Of a stretch of DNA of 64,000 nucleotides, positions 10,878 to 24,518 are shown piece after piece (within the stretch, counting starts at the first letter, position 1; each line of letters opens with the position of its first letter). Under the pieces are notes generated by a model that was not told where the DNA came from, ran no database searches, and was given only the letters and a program-made list of their open reading frames with translations. Source of the stretch: Patellaria atrata CBS 101060. Its lineage: Eukaryota. The stretch is from assembly GCA_010093705.1 (NCBI GenBank), contig MU006111.1, positions 62,001 to 126,000 of the forward strand. Reading direction: 5' to 3'. A program made the translations under genes and the position numbers.

Positions 10878-13488
10878 TCAGTGATCTTGGTATTCAGCAT
10901 ACATTGGCTTTTGGCCCCATAAGATGGAATCCATCAAACTGTGCGGACTCGATTCCAGGCTGATTCCAGAGTCTACGAAGGGAGAGTAGTTGAACGCACT
11001 TGCATCGAAGTTACTCAAGGCTTGGTTGACTTCATCGAGACTATACTCCTGAATCTGTGGAGCGATAGTGCTTGAAATAGCGGGATCTAAAGAGGTCGAT
11101 TGCGCTGGAGGTTCTGTCTGGAAGTTCACTAGTTTTTGAAGTGCTGCCACAGAGCGTGTGATGGGTGCCGACAGCTCGGAAGGATCTACCGTAGAAGTTA
11201 TATCAGTCAATATAGTAATAAGGTCTATAATTAGGTTGCGAGCCCGATCATTACGAGCTGGTTCGCCGAGAATTCCGAGCAGTAGAGCGGAGCTGAGAGC
11301 ACGATGTACGGCCGCCCACGAACGACTAGCAAAAACGGTTGTGTTCTGAATGCCACAGAACGCCTCAATCGTGTTAATCAAGCTGTCGATACAGGTTTTT
11401 CTCAGCGTCTTCGATACATCGTATGTCGCCGTAGCTGGACTGATTGCTGGTCGGCAGAGTTCTGATGTGATATACGATATATGCAGATACAGAGCCCAAT
11501 GTTCTAGTTGCTCTCGGAAGGATGTACATCTGCGGGAATCTTTCAGGTGTTCCGCGGCATCAAGCATTATATCTTGAAGTTCGTGTCTATGTTCTTTGAT
11601 CCGCTGCATCATCTCCTCGGGCTCTTGTGGCTTCGCACGCTCCTGGCCGATTTCTAATCCGATCTTCGCGAGCTTATACATGCATTCTGAATACCTCTTG
11701 TTCCCCGGGGGTGCGGAATCAAGCACGGGCATAGAGTATTCTGTATATGTAGTAGATGGTGCTCGGTCATACGTAATTGATAAAAGACTGTCTTGCCAGA
11801 GGACAGCCCACCATGTTCTAGTTTTCATCTTTTTGATCTGATGATCTGTATCTGGTGGGCACATCTTATGTAGACCAAGACTTTGCGATAGGCGGATTGT
11901 TAGGCCTATGTTACGTTAGGAACGTAAATTATCTCACGGATAAGGACATATGGTATAAGATCTTAGCAGTAAATGTAAGCAACCTTACCGAGTATTGACC
12001 ATGCAACGCCAGCATTCATATTGTTTGATATAACATTACCCAGGATGAGTAAAGTTTGAATATTTCTCACAGTGACATGCGAAAGAAAATTTGTTAGTCT
12101 CAAACACTCGAAACTACAACATACTGTTGACGATTAGGATACTGTTCTACCAAATCGTCGCGATGAACACGTTACCATAAACCTGAGAAGTCAACTCTCT
12201 CTCCTTGCGGGAAACGGTTGAACATTGACAACCAGAGGCTAGTGTTGCGAAGAGCAAGCCAATCCACTGTATGCTTTTTCCATATATGGTTTGCTCAGTG
12301 AGTCCTTCGCTTTCCCTTCCGGTCGCCTGAGCGTTTCCTCGATTGATGAGAAAACCCACCAGATCACCTTCAAATTTTTCAATATCCGCTATCGCCGGGT
12401 ACGTAACATGCTGTGTGTCACGGAAATGGCGGAAAAAGCTGTAAACAGCGCGCGTATATTAGCGTTATGGACCCTGATATATGATGAAACCAAAGAAAAA
12501 CATTATCCTGATTAGATATGAGACGTACCTCATCAGTTCCGCGTCGATGGGTAATGCTTTGACAAGCTCAACTATTCTTGCCAACGAGCCGTGAGGCAAA
12601 CCCCACAGATCCACGAAGGGGTATAAGGAACTCTCGTTGTCAAGACCGAAAAGGGGTAGAACACTTTTACTTAGGAGCTCTTGCACGTCAGGCCTTTTGT
12701 TCTCACCCTGAGCAAGAGCCATAACAAGAGCAGGAACCGAGCTACCACCAACGTGAACAATCTGTCCTGACAATGTCTTGCCATCATGTATTCCATGCGT
12801 TGCAACATGCTGGGATGCACTATCAAGTGTCGGTTTACTTGGTGTGGGGGCCGATGTGGAGGCTGAGGGAGAATGTGTGCTTGGAGTAGGATGGGGATTC
12901 CCCATATGTCGGAATGCACCCTTGAGGTCTGACAGTGCGCGTTCAACCGTGTCCAGTTTCGAGCACAATCTATCCCAGTCCTCGCGCGGAATGGTGACCG
13001 TCCTATTACCATTATGTACTGCTGTCCCATTCCCAGAATGGCCAGGAGCGTAGTAAACGGTTCCGTTGTAATTACCTCCGTTCTGACTTGTACCGACACT
13101 TATACGTTTCGCTGGAGGATGCGTCTCGGCCGGGGGGTGATAGGTACAGAGGTCAGGATGTTCTCGAGCTGCAATGACCCGTATTTAGCGATTCTGTATT
13201 TCATACTAGCTATTGGAGATTCGATTGCATCTTCTTTGCATCTACTGACTAGACTGCATCGCGTCGTCAATCGTGAGCACTCTACTCACCAACGCAAGTT
13301 TTACAAGGAACATTCTGATCGCATTTGACCTTCCTTTGCCTACAAGGGTAGCATGCCTTATACTCTCTCGCTTTTCTCTTCTTCCTCAAAATGTCGTCAA
13401 CTTCGGCGCGATCTGGAGGTGTGTCGTGGTTGGCGAATTGCAAAGACGGGCTGCTGTGCTCCATCTTAATCTCGGTATTGTACGACAT
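10878..13488 (-). CDS. Zn(II)2Cys6 fungal transcription factor with middle homology region; multi-exon
   Basis: RKKRKAREYKACYPCRQRKVKCDQNVPCKTC, with the cluster split by an intron. The C-terminal exon carries RTWWAVLWQDSLLSITYDR of the fungal-specific TF domain. Confidence 0.88.
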
Positions 13489-13911
13489 TTGGCAATAACA
13501 TTGCTTTCCGGTATCTTAGATCTTGGAGTAACAATTCTCATCGCATAATGAATCTCGGGTACACACGTAAAGGTAGCAGCACGATTAGAAGAGATGAAGT
13601 GGGACGTGAAGTGCTGAGTCAGTACCCGCTGCCGGCACCGCAACCCTCAATCACCACTTTCGGAAGCTTGACGGGTTGCCTTCAAAATTCTTGTGAAATA
13701 CTTCTCATAGAGCCTATCATTGCAAAGAAATGCAGAGGTTGAAATCATGATGTATCCTATAAACTTGTAAATCTGTTTACATATGTATACATAATCTAAC
13801 CGTATAATACAGGGGTTCGTCTCGAACATTTCCAGAATGCAACCAACGGTGAAATATACTCCTCGTAAACACCGGTATGTGGTCATGACCATAGAATCAT
13901 AGAAAGGGGAG

Positions 13912-16900
13912 CTAATTGCTGCCTTTCCCTTGGCCACACCAGCAGTACCCTTGGCCTTCCCTCTCGACGTGGACCACCGCATCGATTCCTCGTCCCTTGA
14001 AGAACTGGGCGGTACGTTCTCTCACATCTTCCACGTCGGAAGTGATCGACGCTATTATATGTATGACTCCGAGAATCTTCGGCTGGCCGTCATGTTTGTG
14101 ATCATGTTCCCCATGCATATGAGGATCATGTCCGTATCCATGATCACAGCCTTGGTCGTGAGAATGATCGTGGTCGTGGACATGATCGTGGAAATGATCA
14201 TGATCATGGTCATGTGCGTGTGCATGAGCATCAGCATGCGCAGCGCCCTCGTCCTGAATCCAAAACCTGGGAACGCTGAAACCTACCACTCCTCTCAGGT
14301 CTCCGAGGTCCCCCAATGTGGTACGGACATCGTACTCAACTTTGTCCGGGAGCGATAGTAGCAGCTTTTTACCCGTGCTCACCACTAATGGCCAGGAAGA
14401 GCCAGCAATGAGAAATGATATCAAGCAAGATGCGAGAGGATCCCACCCATACCACCCGTGATACTTGATTAGTAACGTTGAGACGATGACAGCAAATGAA
14501 CCTAGAGCATCGGCTAATATGTGTAGGAATATGCCTCTCATGTTTTCATCGTCATGATCGTGATGGTCGTGCTGTCTGGCTGCAGGTGCATGAGTATGGC
14601 TCACTGCAGATCCAGGGGTTACGGAAACCGGTGAATCAACATGATCATGGGAGCCATGGGAATGCCCATGGGAATGTCCATGATCATGGCCGTGGTGATG
14701 AGCATGGCCAAACGCAGTAAGTCCTACGATATTCACGACAAAGCCGAGAATACTCACCACCAGGAGCTCATTGAGCCTCTGGAGTTCGTATCCCTCCCAA
14801 AGTCGGGCAAACGCATCGAGTATGATTTCAACACTCACCAACCTTGATACTGTTAGTGATAAAAATTAGAACACACGATCAACACTTACAGTAAGAAAAT
14901 AGCGTTCGCAAAGCCAGACAACGTCCCAATCTTGCCGTAGCCGTAAGGGAATCTCGCCTCTGGCGGCCATTTACTCATTACTGCTGCAGCTAACCCAACT
15001 GCAAGACCCGCGCAATCGAACAGCATGTGAATGCTATCAGTGAGAAGGCCTAATGATCCACTAACAAAGCCGTAGAAGAATTGTATAACCATGAATGTTA
15101 AATTAAGCCTGATATTGGGGAAAAAAATAATAATATTAGCACTGGGGAAAGTTCAACATGGCATAGCTACTCACATTCCAAAATATGCGATCCTCCTTGA
15201 ATCCTTCTCAAGAAAAACACTATGTACAATGGAACCCGGCTCGCATCGCTGTAGGATCAAACCAGTAAGTGCTGAGTGGCTTCCGTGTAAATGGTCGTGG
15301 GGTTCTATGTGTGGGTGGGTATGACTGTGGGAATGTTCTCCACGTGGGGATTTAAGCTTTTTATCGTATAAAACCGCGAAGTACGACAGTCCACACAATA
15401 ATGCACTAGTTCCAGAGGTGATCCAGGTGGGTGAGTCAAATAGTATGCCCCAGATCGCAATAGCAGTGCATCCTGCTGCAGTTCCAACTTGCCACTGAGA
15501 CTGCGATTGAAGTGGGCTTGCGAAAGAGAACATTGCCACAGTTGAAGCAATCGAACAAGATAGCCAGGCTAATGTGGATATGGATAAAAAGGGGGGAATC
15601 GTCAGAACAATCGAAGCGAGAACCGCGAACACGGTCAAAGCAAAACCTGCTACAAGTGTGAGATCAGCGTCCTCGGGTGTAGATATCAAAGGCCATCCGA
15701 GTCCGGTTAAAGGTGGAGGGTAAAGCGAAAGTGAAAGAATCAATGCCAAATATCCTCCTACGGTTTTACTAAAATATGGCCTAGATTCCGCGCGGAAAAG
15801 GTCGTAGCAAAAGCCTACTAGGATGGCCAACATACTAAACTGGCGAGTCCTTAGAATAGCTCTCCAATCAAACCCTGAAAAACGATTTGAGTATCGCAGA
15901 CCGGGTCCAGATAATTCTGCTGATAGAGATGTCAAGAGGACCAAACCGAATCTTGATCCACCAAGTTGAATAGCTCCATAGTAGGGAAGTCCAACACTAA
16001 GGATCTTGCTGATACTACGGGATATGAACTCTCGACTTAAGGTTGGACTTCGTTGTTTTGTCGAGCCATTTGCGCCGGCATAGCTTTTTTTCCGCTTGTC
16101 CAAGACTTTGTCAAATACCCCAACCTTCGCCAATAGGCCTAATAGTAAAAGTGTGCTAGACGTCACTGTACATGCTTGTACAAGAGGGGACTGTGCTCTT
16201 GGAGTGACATCTGATATTGCGTCGTCCGGAACTGGTTGTGGTAGGGAGTCATCGGATAGGTCAGCATTCCGCAGCGTAGATATATTGGACTGATCAGAGG
16301 AGGATTTAGGGTAGGCTAAAGAGATGATAAGATATGGTAAAGAAAGTAATACGGCGGAGAGGCATTCGCGTAGCGGGTTACCAGATGGTCTACACACATA
16401 TTCGTTAGCAAAACTAGTCTTAGCTGATCTAAGGAGGGTCCTCTATACCCAACGCTAGGCGAGTGAACCTCCTGCACAGGAGAGATGCCGTATCTGTGAG
16501 GTGAAAGATGAGTCTGCGTTCTTATGGCTGGTCGACCAAGGTCAGATTCTCCTCTTGGGCGGTTCTTCATGGATTTGAGGGGTGATATGTTCGGAAAGCC
16601 AGTGAAAGTTTGCGAGTGTTCGTGGGCCTTGAGGTATGGAGTAGCGTTTCCTACTGACTGAGAGGATGATTTGATACTGCCGTTAGACGGCATCTTCTTC
16701 ACCGATCCACCATTTCCCCAAGTGCCATTTGCCCGGGAAGGTGAGGTGTCTGGTAGAGGGGAGGCATGACCGCAAGAGGGCGAGTGAGTATGGGAATGGA
16801 CATGCGAGTGAGAGCGGGAGTGCGAGTGCGAGTGCGAATTGGAGTGTGAGTGTAAGTGGGTATGCGCGTTCCCATGATTGAGATGAAGGTGACTTCCACT

Positions 16901-16930
16901 ATTTAGGGGAAGTGCGTATGTTGAGGCCAT
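13912..16930 (-). CDS. MSC2: ER cation-diffusion-facilitator zinc transporter Msc2/Cis4 family; 3 introns
   Basis: CDF signatures SLGLLTDSIHMLFDC, FPYGYGKIGTLSGFANA and NMRGIFLHILADALGS. It has the long extra N-terminal TM region typical of Msc2 and several His-rich loops. Confidence 0.88.
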
Positions 16931-17477
16931 TCAAAGGAGAAGGCGCACTTGAGGGGAGTTCGTGGGTTGTCGCAACCTAACTCGGACGACGACTGTGAAC
17001 GTGCGGCGAGGAAAGCGCAACCCTATCGTAACATGTCAGTAGTTCTTGCAGATTCAAGGACCCAATTCGAGGTTCGAAGTTAGTTGTAGCTTTTGACAAG
17101 GAGTTTCAAGACGAAGTTTGTTTGTTTCCTGTCCAGCTGCTTTCAGTAGATACAGTAGTAGTAAGATCTGTCAAAGCGATCAAAATCGTGTTTACAGACA
17201 TAATTTCCGCGCTAAAACAAAAATAATCATGAGAGTCAGGGGCTGAATGTTCAAGGGGCGTTATCGTAAAGGTTAGCGGGGCCACGGCGGAGATGATAGG
17301 GAGAAGGCCCTTGAGAGGGGTACCTTCTAACCAGCCGTCGGGTGCACGCCAGCCTTGTCCCTCTATACCTCCCGCACATCCAGCGCTCACAATAAATACC
17401 TAAGGTATCTTTTCTTTTTGTTTCTCAATCCGAATGGATAATGAAAAGGTATCAGGGCTTTATAAGTCTTCCAAACC

Positions 17478-19131
17478 ATGTCTCTCCTAGACATTGCACT
17501 CTCAGTCGCACTCTGCATATCGACCGTCATAACCGTCTTCATCGTCACTTTGCCTTCACAGTTCGTACCTTCCGGATCTAGAAATAATGGCCCGCATGAA
17601 CAGGAACTCGGCCGCCAGAACGGACCAAAATACGATAACGATACTAAGAATGTGAAGCTTCATCAAGTGGATGGAAAGAGCTTAGACAAGAAAGATGATT
17701 CCTCCGTTCAAGTTGTAGTACTTGGGGATATTGGACATAGCCCACGAATGCAATATCATGCCATCAGCATCGCCAAGCACGGTGTCAAAGTTCAACTCAT
17801 CGGCTATCTAGGTAAGAGAGTAGTATGAAAGACGCAATTAATCTTGACTTCGATTCAGCTTCTCATCATCTTTTTTCTATCAGAGTCCGAGTTACATCCT
17901 GATATTGTCACCAATTCCCTCATCACCGTTGTAAGCTTGCCTGCAGCACCTAAGTCACTTCAAACCGGTAGTAGACTATTGTTCCTGCTTCTTGGACCCT
18001 TGAAGGTTTTATGGCAAGTCTGGAGCTTATATTATGCCCTGGGATATCGTACGAAACCATCGAAATGGATGCTCGTTCAGGTATGTCAGCTTTTTAAGTA
18101 GAGATCCATCTTCCCCTTTCACAATCAATAAAGCCCCAGTTGAGGTGAGTAATTCAGCCTTAGTTGATTGTATCTCCTAGAATCCTCCTTCTATTCCAAC
18201 CCTTGCCATCGCTCAGATCATCTGCTACTTCCGAAATACCCGTCTAGTTATAGACTGGCATAATTTTGGCTACTCCATTCTCGCATTAAAATTAGGGAAT
18301 AATCATCCCTTGGTAAAAGCTTCTGAAATATATGAGTCCTTCTATTCTCGTTCTGCTGCATTCAATTTCGCGGTAACAGACGTAATGGCACAAAAATTAC
18401 GGTCTCAATACAATATCAAGACTGAAACCCTTCATGACCGACCTCCTCAACATTTCCAGCCTCTCACCCCGGAAGAACGAATCGCCTTTTTGACAAGGCT
18501 ACCGGAGACGGCAAAGCATGCCCATGAGATTGTAACAGGATCTCGAAAGTTGATAGTCAGCGCCACTTCTTGGACCGTTGATGAGGACTTTTCCATTCTA
18601 CTTGATGCTTTGGTAGCTTACTCTACCGAGGTCGATCACTTGCCACAGCTACCAAAAATACTAGCTATCATAACGGGCAAGGGGCCACGGAAGGAACCCT
18701 ACCTCTCTAAAATCCAGCAGTTAGAGAAGGACGGATGTCTGACGAATGTCTCGGTTTTGACAGCTTGGCTAACCCCTGGAGATTATGCTACCCTCCTAGG
18801 TGCTGCGGACCTAGGTATATCCCTACATACATCATCATCCGGTGTGGATCTACCTATGAAAGTTGTAGATATGTTTGGCACTGGTCTTCCGGTGGTTGGC
18901 TGGAGTAAGTTTTTGGCTTGGCCAGAGCTGGTAAAAGAAGATATCAATGGAAAGGGATTTGGCAGCGTTGCAGAATTACAGTCACTACTTGGGAGCCTAT
19001 TTTCCAATCCGGATAGGTTGAAGAGATTAAGAGATGGAGCACTTCAAGAATGCAACCATCGATGGGATGATGAGTGGAACCCAGTAGCAGGCCGCTTATT
19101 TCACTTGGTGGACGATCAACCTCCAAAGTGA
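17478..19131 (+). CDS. ALG1: Chitobiosyldiphosphodolichol beta-1,4-mannosyltransferase; 2 introns
   Basis: [65 protein letters not shown]. Confidence 0.96.
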
Positions 19132-20617
19132 AGCTGTTAGGTTTTCTAAGACGCGAACGGAAGTGCACCTTAACTCTCAAGGGTCACTACTGTGATCCCG
19201 GCTAGAGAATATTCTTCCAGATATATACTGGAACAATCCAATGAAAACCTTAAGTTTCGCTCAATCCCTTGGTCTTTCAGTGTCTGATGAGGTAGCCAGC
19301 CGATTATGCGGGCAAGTGAGTGCTTCCCCGCAAATCACACTCCTTGTCTCCGTAAGTAGAATCCGAAGACATGACTGTATACATCGGAACAGTTTGAATG
19401 AGAGAGGGGTTACAAAAATGAGTTGTCTCGATATCCCTCACAGAACACTATCATAGACTAGAACCTCCTCTCTATCAAGCCTCTACCAACCAAGATAGAA
19501 TCGTGATCTTGTACTTTGACGATAGCATGGGAAGGGGAAAGCTTCTACAAATGGAAATAGAAGGACCCTGGGTTTTAGTTACGTTCAATATATGCCAATA
19601 GTAAACTGCTGAGGATGTTGGAGATAACTCCGGCCCTTCTTACAACGTCTCTCATGTTATCGATCGAGCACCATGGGTAACATCGCAACTTAAGGCTAAT
19701 AAGCTAGGTCTCTTCACATGCATGCATTTAAGTCTTCCGACAGTGGTCGATCAAAAGATGTAATCTTTCCACTTTGGGCTCAACTACCTTATTTCTTTTC
19801 ACATGGTAGGACACCATGGACATCATAGCGAGCGCAACGCTAAGGTTCGAGTTGACACTTATTTTCAATATTCTTTCACATGTGCACCCTAGTTACGACA
19901 AACATGCTCATACCTATGCTTCGATAACGACCCATGGTTTACTTGGTCCGATCCTCAGCTCCTCTAGCACAAAACATGCAAACTCAGCAAGCATCGAAAA
20001 GTTTAACGTTTGTTGTAACCAATAATTAGGACTCGATAAATCATTCCTGGGGAAGAACGCGTTGCAAAGGCCCTTGGTTGGCTGTAGGTAAAAGCGATAT
20101 TGCGTCAACTGGGTGAAGGGGGGAGAGGGGGAGGGGGAGAACCAGAAGCTTAGAGCTCGATCGATTGCATGTAGGAAGTATGGAGCACGTAAGCTCATCC
20201 AGGGTGCAGCTTCAGATTTGTTGGGAGAACGGTCAACCTCCCTGCGAACCCCACTTGCGGTACTATCAATCATCTCCCAGGGTTGCATGTACATACGAAT
20301 TACAGTTACGTCCTTTTCGGAATCTCAGAGACAAGCAGAATCACTCGAGGGATTAACTATGACGGAAAAAGAAGAGCTAGGATGTGAAGTGAAGTCGTCA
20401 TTTCATGGTTATACTACAAACGTGGATTCTATATTCATGAGAGTCGCTAATGATCTCGAGGGTATAATGTGTGAATCCGGAAACATTTCCAACAACACCT
20501 TTCAAGTCGAATCAAACAATACATTCTTCCCGTTCCAATCTGGCTCCAAACTCCGACGGTCCCATGGCGTTATGCGTATCTCATACACTGTCCTGTGAAG
20601 TCAAGGAAAGGATTGTG

Positions 20618-21180
20618 TCATCTCATGAAGCCGAACCCATCCGGGCTGAAAATGCCACCATCGATTGACGTCCTATCAAGAGATGTCCGATGGTGACGAC
20701 GCTGCTTCCGGATTTCCATTTCGGTGTCCATGAGTCGATCCTGCACCCAGGATCTATACTGCTCATCGTGTCTGACTGATTCGCAGTTGAGCAAAGATGT
20801 TAGGGTGGCCTTGATTTGCTGATTGATGTCTTGAAGGCGTTCTTTGATGTCCTCTTCTTCGTGAGTGGTACCTATCATTGCCGGTGGCGAGGCATAAGAA
20901 GGTAAAATCGAGGTTGGTGGTGATATTGAGGCGTGACGTCGAATTGGCGACCCAACGGGTGACCTTGTTGGGGAATGGACGTCTGGAATTGAGCTAGTCC
21001 TGCGTGAATAGACCGAGCCCTGAGATAACTTTTGTCGAAGTTCTTCTTGTTGTGAGGAGAGAAGAACATATTTTTGATATGCTAGGTTCTAGGGAAATGT
21101 CAGTTTGTCAAGTTGGAAATGTTTCTGAGAATATCAATATAACTGACCTTCTCACAGTTCTGATTGCGTAAAAGTGCCAT
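20618..21180 (-). CDS. Small hypothetical protein with Ser/Pro-rich middle and C-terminal helical domain; 1 intron
   Basis: ATG at 21180 (MALLRNQNCEK), intron gtcagt..ctgac..cctag, then an open frame NLAYQKYVLLSSQQEELRQKL... into the 20618..20878 ORF (DINQQIKATLTSLLNCESVRHDEQYRSWVQDRLMDTEMEIR). Confidence 0.7.
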
Positions 21181-22764
21181 TGTTTCAGATGATTGATTGA
21201 TTTCGTTGATACTGTAGATGTATGTTTGGACGGAGGAGTCCGATGAACGAGAATTGAGCTTCAAATATATTTATCGTAGGTCCGGCTAAACAGTTGTATT
21301 CGTAATAAAATAGAATGCTTCTTCAAGCGGGGGATTCGGACACGATATGCTCACGCAGAGGAAGGTGGTCAGACGAGAATAAATGGAGTGATGTCCGGAG
21401 GATTGTCGGTTAGAACTAAGGTAAGTTTACAAGTACGGAGTAAGGTAGTCAGTGGGATAAGCCTCCCTTAACAGCCACAATTGAGGTGAAGTCTCAGGTC
21501 TGGATTCTGGAGGAAAAACCTGTATTTCTTGGAAGTTAGAAGAACAAAAATACAGGACTTATAGACGTCAGTTACCTGTATATTTGATGTTTATTAGCTT
21601 ACTACTGCGGAAACTTGGAACTTATAGTCAGTGCGTGTCAGTTTTTTCCCTGGAGAGTAAAAGACGTAAATGATCGAAATACTGGACGGAGGCATTTACG
21701 CAAAGTTTACAGCATAGCAATGTTAGGTTGATTTAAAAGGTCGAGACACGTAAATAACTGATCAGCGTTCTAATCAAAATTCCACGTTGAGGGTTCAGTC
21801 GTTGATACTTCCGCAGTACCTAGTGCAGGCTTTTGAGTACCTACGATCCTTATTTGTTAGATTGTCTAATTTTCCATGACGATCATACACATACAAAAAT
21901 GCTGAAACAGCTTTGCCGCTTTGGTACCTTTACATCCTCACTCCTCATAGCTATCCGGAATTTTGGAAGTGTGCGATCATCGAAGAATTCATGCGTCATT
22001 CCCAAGAACTTGGTTATCTCCCATTTACGGGAAGTTGAGCCGCTTAAGAAGGAATATGTGGGACTGTAAGAAAAAGACTTTCCTGACCAATTTACTGTGA
22101 CTCGGCAGACAATAAAACTACGTAATAACAGTATGGATAGGACGTTGCGGACAAAAACGTTGCGAGTCTTGTGTACCGAAAGACATACTGCACACCTCAG
22201 TACGGTACCTTATGACGTATAATATTCTACTTTCAACTATGACGTCTCCAGTTTCAGTTGAAAGAATTCATTATTGTGCAAATAGAATAAATGGATTGTT
22301 CATTTGTGTCAAAGTTTAAAGTTGGAACAACTTGAAACCCCGTAAACAGATCCCACTGAGTATAGATAATGTACAGTACTTTTTTGTGCTCAAAGAAGCA
22401 ACTGCAGTGAGTAATGCAGGGGATACCCCTTAGGTTGAATCTCCAGACTACAAAAGTCCACAATCATTTAAGCTCCCAAGCATAGGGACTAAGTTACTCA
22501 CAAACAATATAGAAATTCCGTTAAATTTCCTAGCATCTGCATCCATACTGTACAGTTCCACGTGAGTACTTGCAGTACCGTAGTGATACAGTAGTGTAAT
22601 TCTATTATTATCCAGCCGGGCCCTGCGTGACTGTGAAAATGCTAATCGGGACTATTTCGGGACCCTTATTGGTTAGAAATCGACACCAACATCCTGGATT
22701 CTCAGTCTGTCAACATTTTAATTGTAATATATTGAATAAATTGCGTCACACCTTCCAACAAACA

Positions 22765-22846
22765 GGGCGCATGGTTTAGTGGTATAATACCCCCTTAGCA
22801 CCTATTCGAATGGGGGTGGTCCTGGGTTCGATTCCCAGTGCGTCCA
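22765..22846 (+). tRNA. tRNA-Ala(AGC) with a 10-nt intron (22801-22810)
   Basis: Acceptor stem GGGCGCA/TGCGTCC with the G3:U70 alanine determinant. Anticodon arm CCCCC-TT-AGC-A-[cctattcgaa]-T-GGGGG. T-arm CTGGG-TTCGATT-CCCAG. A T-run Pol III terminator follows immediately. Confidence 0.96.
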
Positions 22847-23145
22847 ATTTTTACTTTTTTTCTAAATTCTAAAATTTAGAAATATTTTACTTTTGTAGTT
22901 TTATGTACTAATAGTATGATGAATGTCGATTCATTGGTAGATATCTTAGTTATGTTTTATAAATCAGCTTGATTCATAGCTTTTATCGGGAAAAAAAAAA
23001 AAGTTTTTGGAGTATAAGTCCTCTGGAGTATTTTCTATTCTAAACCCTAAAATTTTTTAAAACGCCAATGATGAATTTGTAAAATTAGAGATGTCATATC
23101 ATAGCTCAAATCCCTAGTACCAACCTATCTTGAAAAAAAGCTACT

Positions 23146-24290
23146 TTAAAAAGGAGGCAACCAAAACGGATAACCACCATTCTTAAGTCTAAAGACGCTG
23201 AGTAAAAAGCTGTATACGCAGAATAGGACACCTCCCCAAATGAATACCGCTGCTTGTTGACTTTTTGGATCGGCCATTCGTGGTACTTTCAATGCGAGAG
23301 AAATTGTAGCGAAAGAAAGGATACCGTCTGAAATATGTTAATGCTATGATAGCCTTCGTTATGATGCATCAAGACTTACACAATGCAGCAACAATTTGAG
23401 TCTCCATTCCAAATTGATTTTGGAAACCACCTGCAAAATAGCTAATTCCACCTTTTCCGTCACCAGAGACATAAGGTACCTTTCTGATATGATTGAACAT
23501 GTGTCCACTGGTAAATAGAAGGATACCGATCAAACTGAGAGCGGCCCAGACGTTTCGATTTTGAACAAGAGGCATAACATAAGGTGCTGCCACGGTTGCA
23601 AAGGTGATGAGACCTAGAACTGCAGTTGTCACAGATATGATACGAATATAATTGATTGGGCGGACGACTGGGGGTTTGGGACCGGTGGGTAATTGACGTG
23701 AGATCCAGGAATGAATCGTGTCCGCATTATGGTTGCTGTACATCATTGTTAACATATTGAATGCTTGAAAGAATTCGAATTTGAATTTACCCCGTTGTAA
23801 AGTCAAATCTCGCGGGCTGTATGTCCACCTTTGCGTTAGGTCCAGTTGTAGGGTGGAAGAAGAGTAGAACAGGAGCTGTTTGGAGCATCATCTAGACATG
23901 TTTAACAATTGTACATATCGTAGAATATGAGGAAGTACATACAGACTGGAAAGTAGCTTTTCCATCTACGAAGTCCAATGTACCGAATAATAGTCTGGAT
24001 TCCCCAGCTTTATCGCCTTTATTCCAACTTTTAGCTAGTAATTCCCATTCTGGTTGAAACTCTCTGCACAATTGACACCCAAAACGTGCTTCTAAAGCAG
24101 TTAGAAGGATAGCGACTCCATAATCCCTTGGTGCGGAGGTTAACTTGTTGTATAGTTGATCATCAAGCTTAAGCGGCGTTGAGGTTAGCGATTTGGTATG
24201 GAAATCCTTAAACCGGTCGCTGGTGGATTTCTTAGCTGCAAGCGCAGACAGAGGGAGAAGAAGAAGACTGAGCGATTTTAGCAGTCTCAT
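23146..24290 (-). CDS. OST3: Oligosaccharyltransferase gamma subunit Ost3/Ost6 family; 3 introns
   Basis: Signal peptide, thioredoxin-like CQLC, FTSGHMFNHIRKVPY, FQNQFGMETQIVA, C-terminal GGYPFWLPPF. Confidence 0.93.
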
Positions 24291-24518
24291 ATTGAATTGA
24301 TCTGTTGAAGACTGTAACTCTTAGATAGATAGGATCCCGTTTAACATTTGTTCTTGAATGCTCTCTGTCCTCTTTGATGGAACTGACGCTAAGCCATTAT
24401 GGGTGTCGCTCCGCCAAGATATTGAACATTGTTTACATCCATTCCCGCGCGTCCCACTATCACCTCCGAGCTTCCAATACACCTCGATTCTACCACACAA
24501 CAGTTGAAAAAGTATAGC

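Noticed and set aside
1..13488. Secondary-metabolite biosynthetic cluster
   Set aside because: No PKS, NRPS, terpene synthase or transporter is visible, and the enzymes are interrupted by unrelated surface-protein genes.
19914..20598. Overlapping 126-aa and 161-aa ORFs between ALG1 and the small hypothetical gene
   Set aside because: No motifs or supporting splice structure. More likely UTR or intergenic sequence.
22847..23145. AT-rich stretch after the tRNA as a RIP-degraded transposon
   Set aside because: It is short, has no terminal repeats or coding remnants, and is consistent with a Pol III terminator plus the OST3 3' end.
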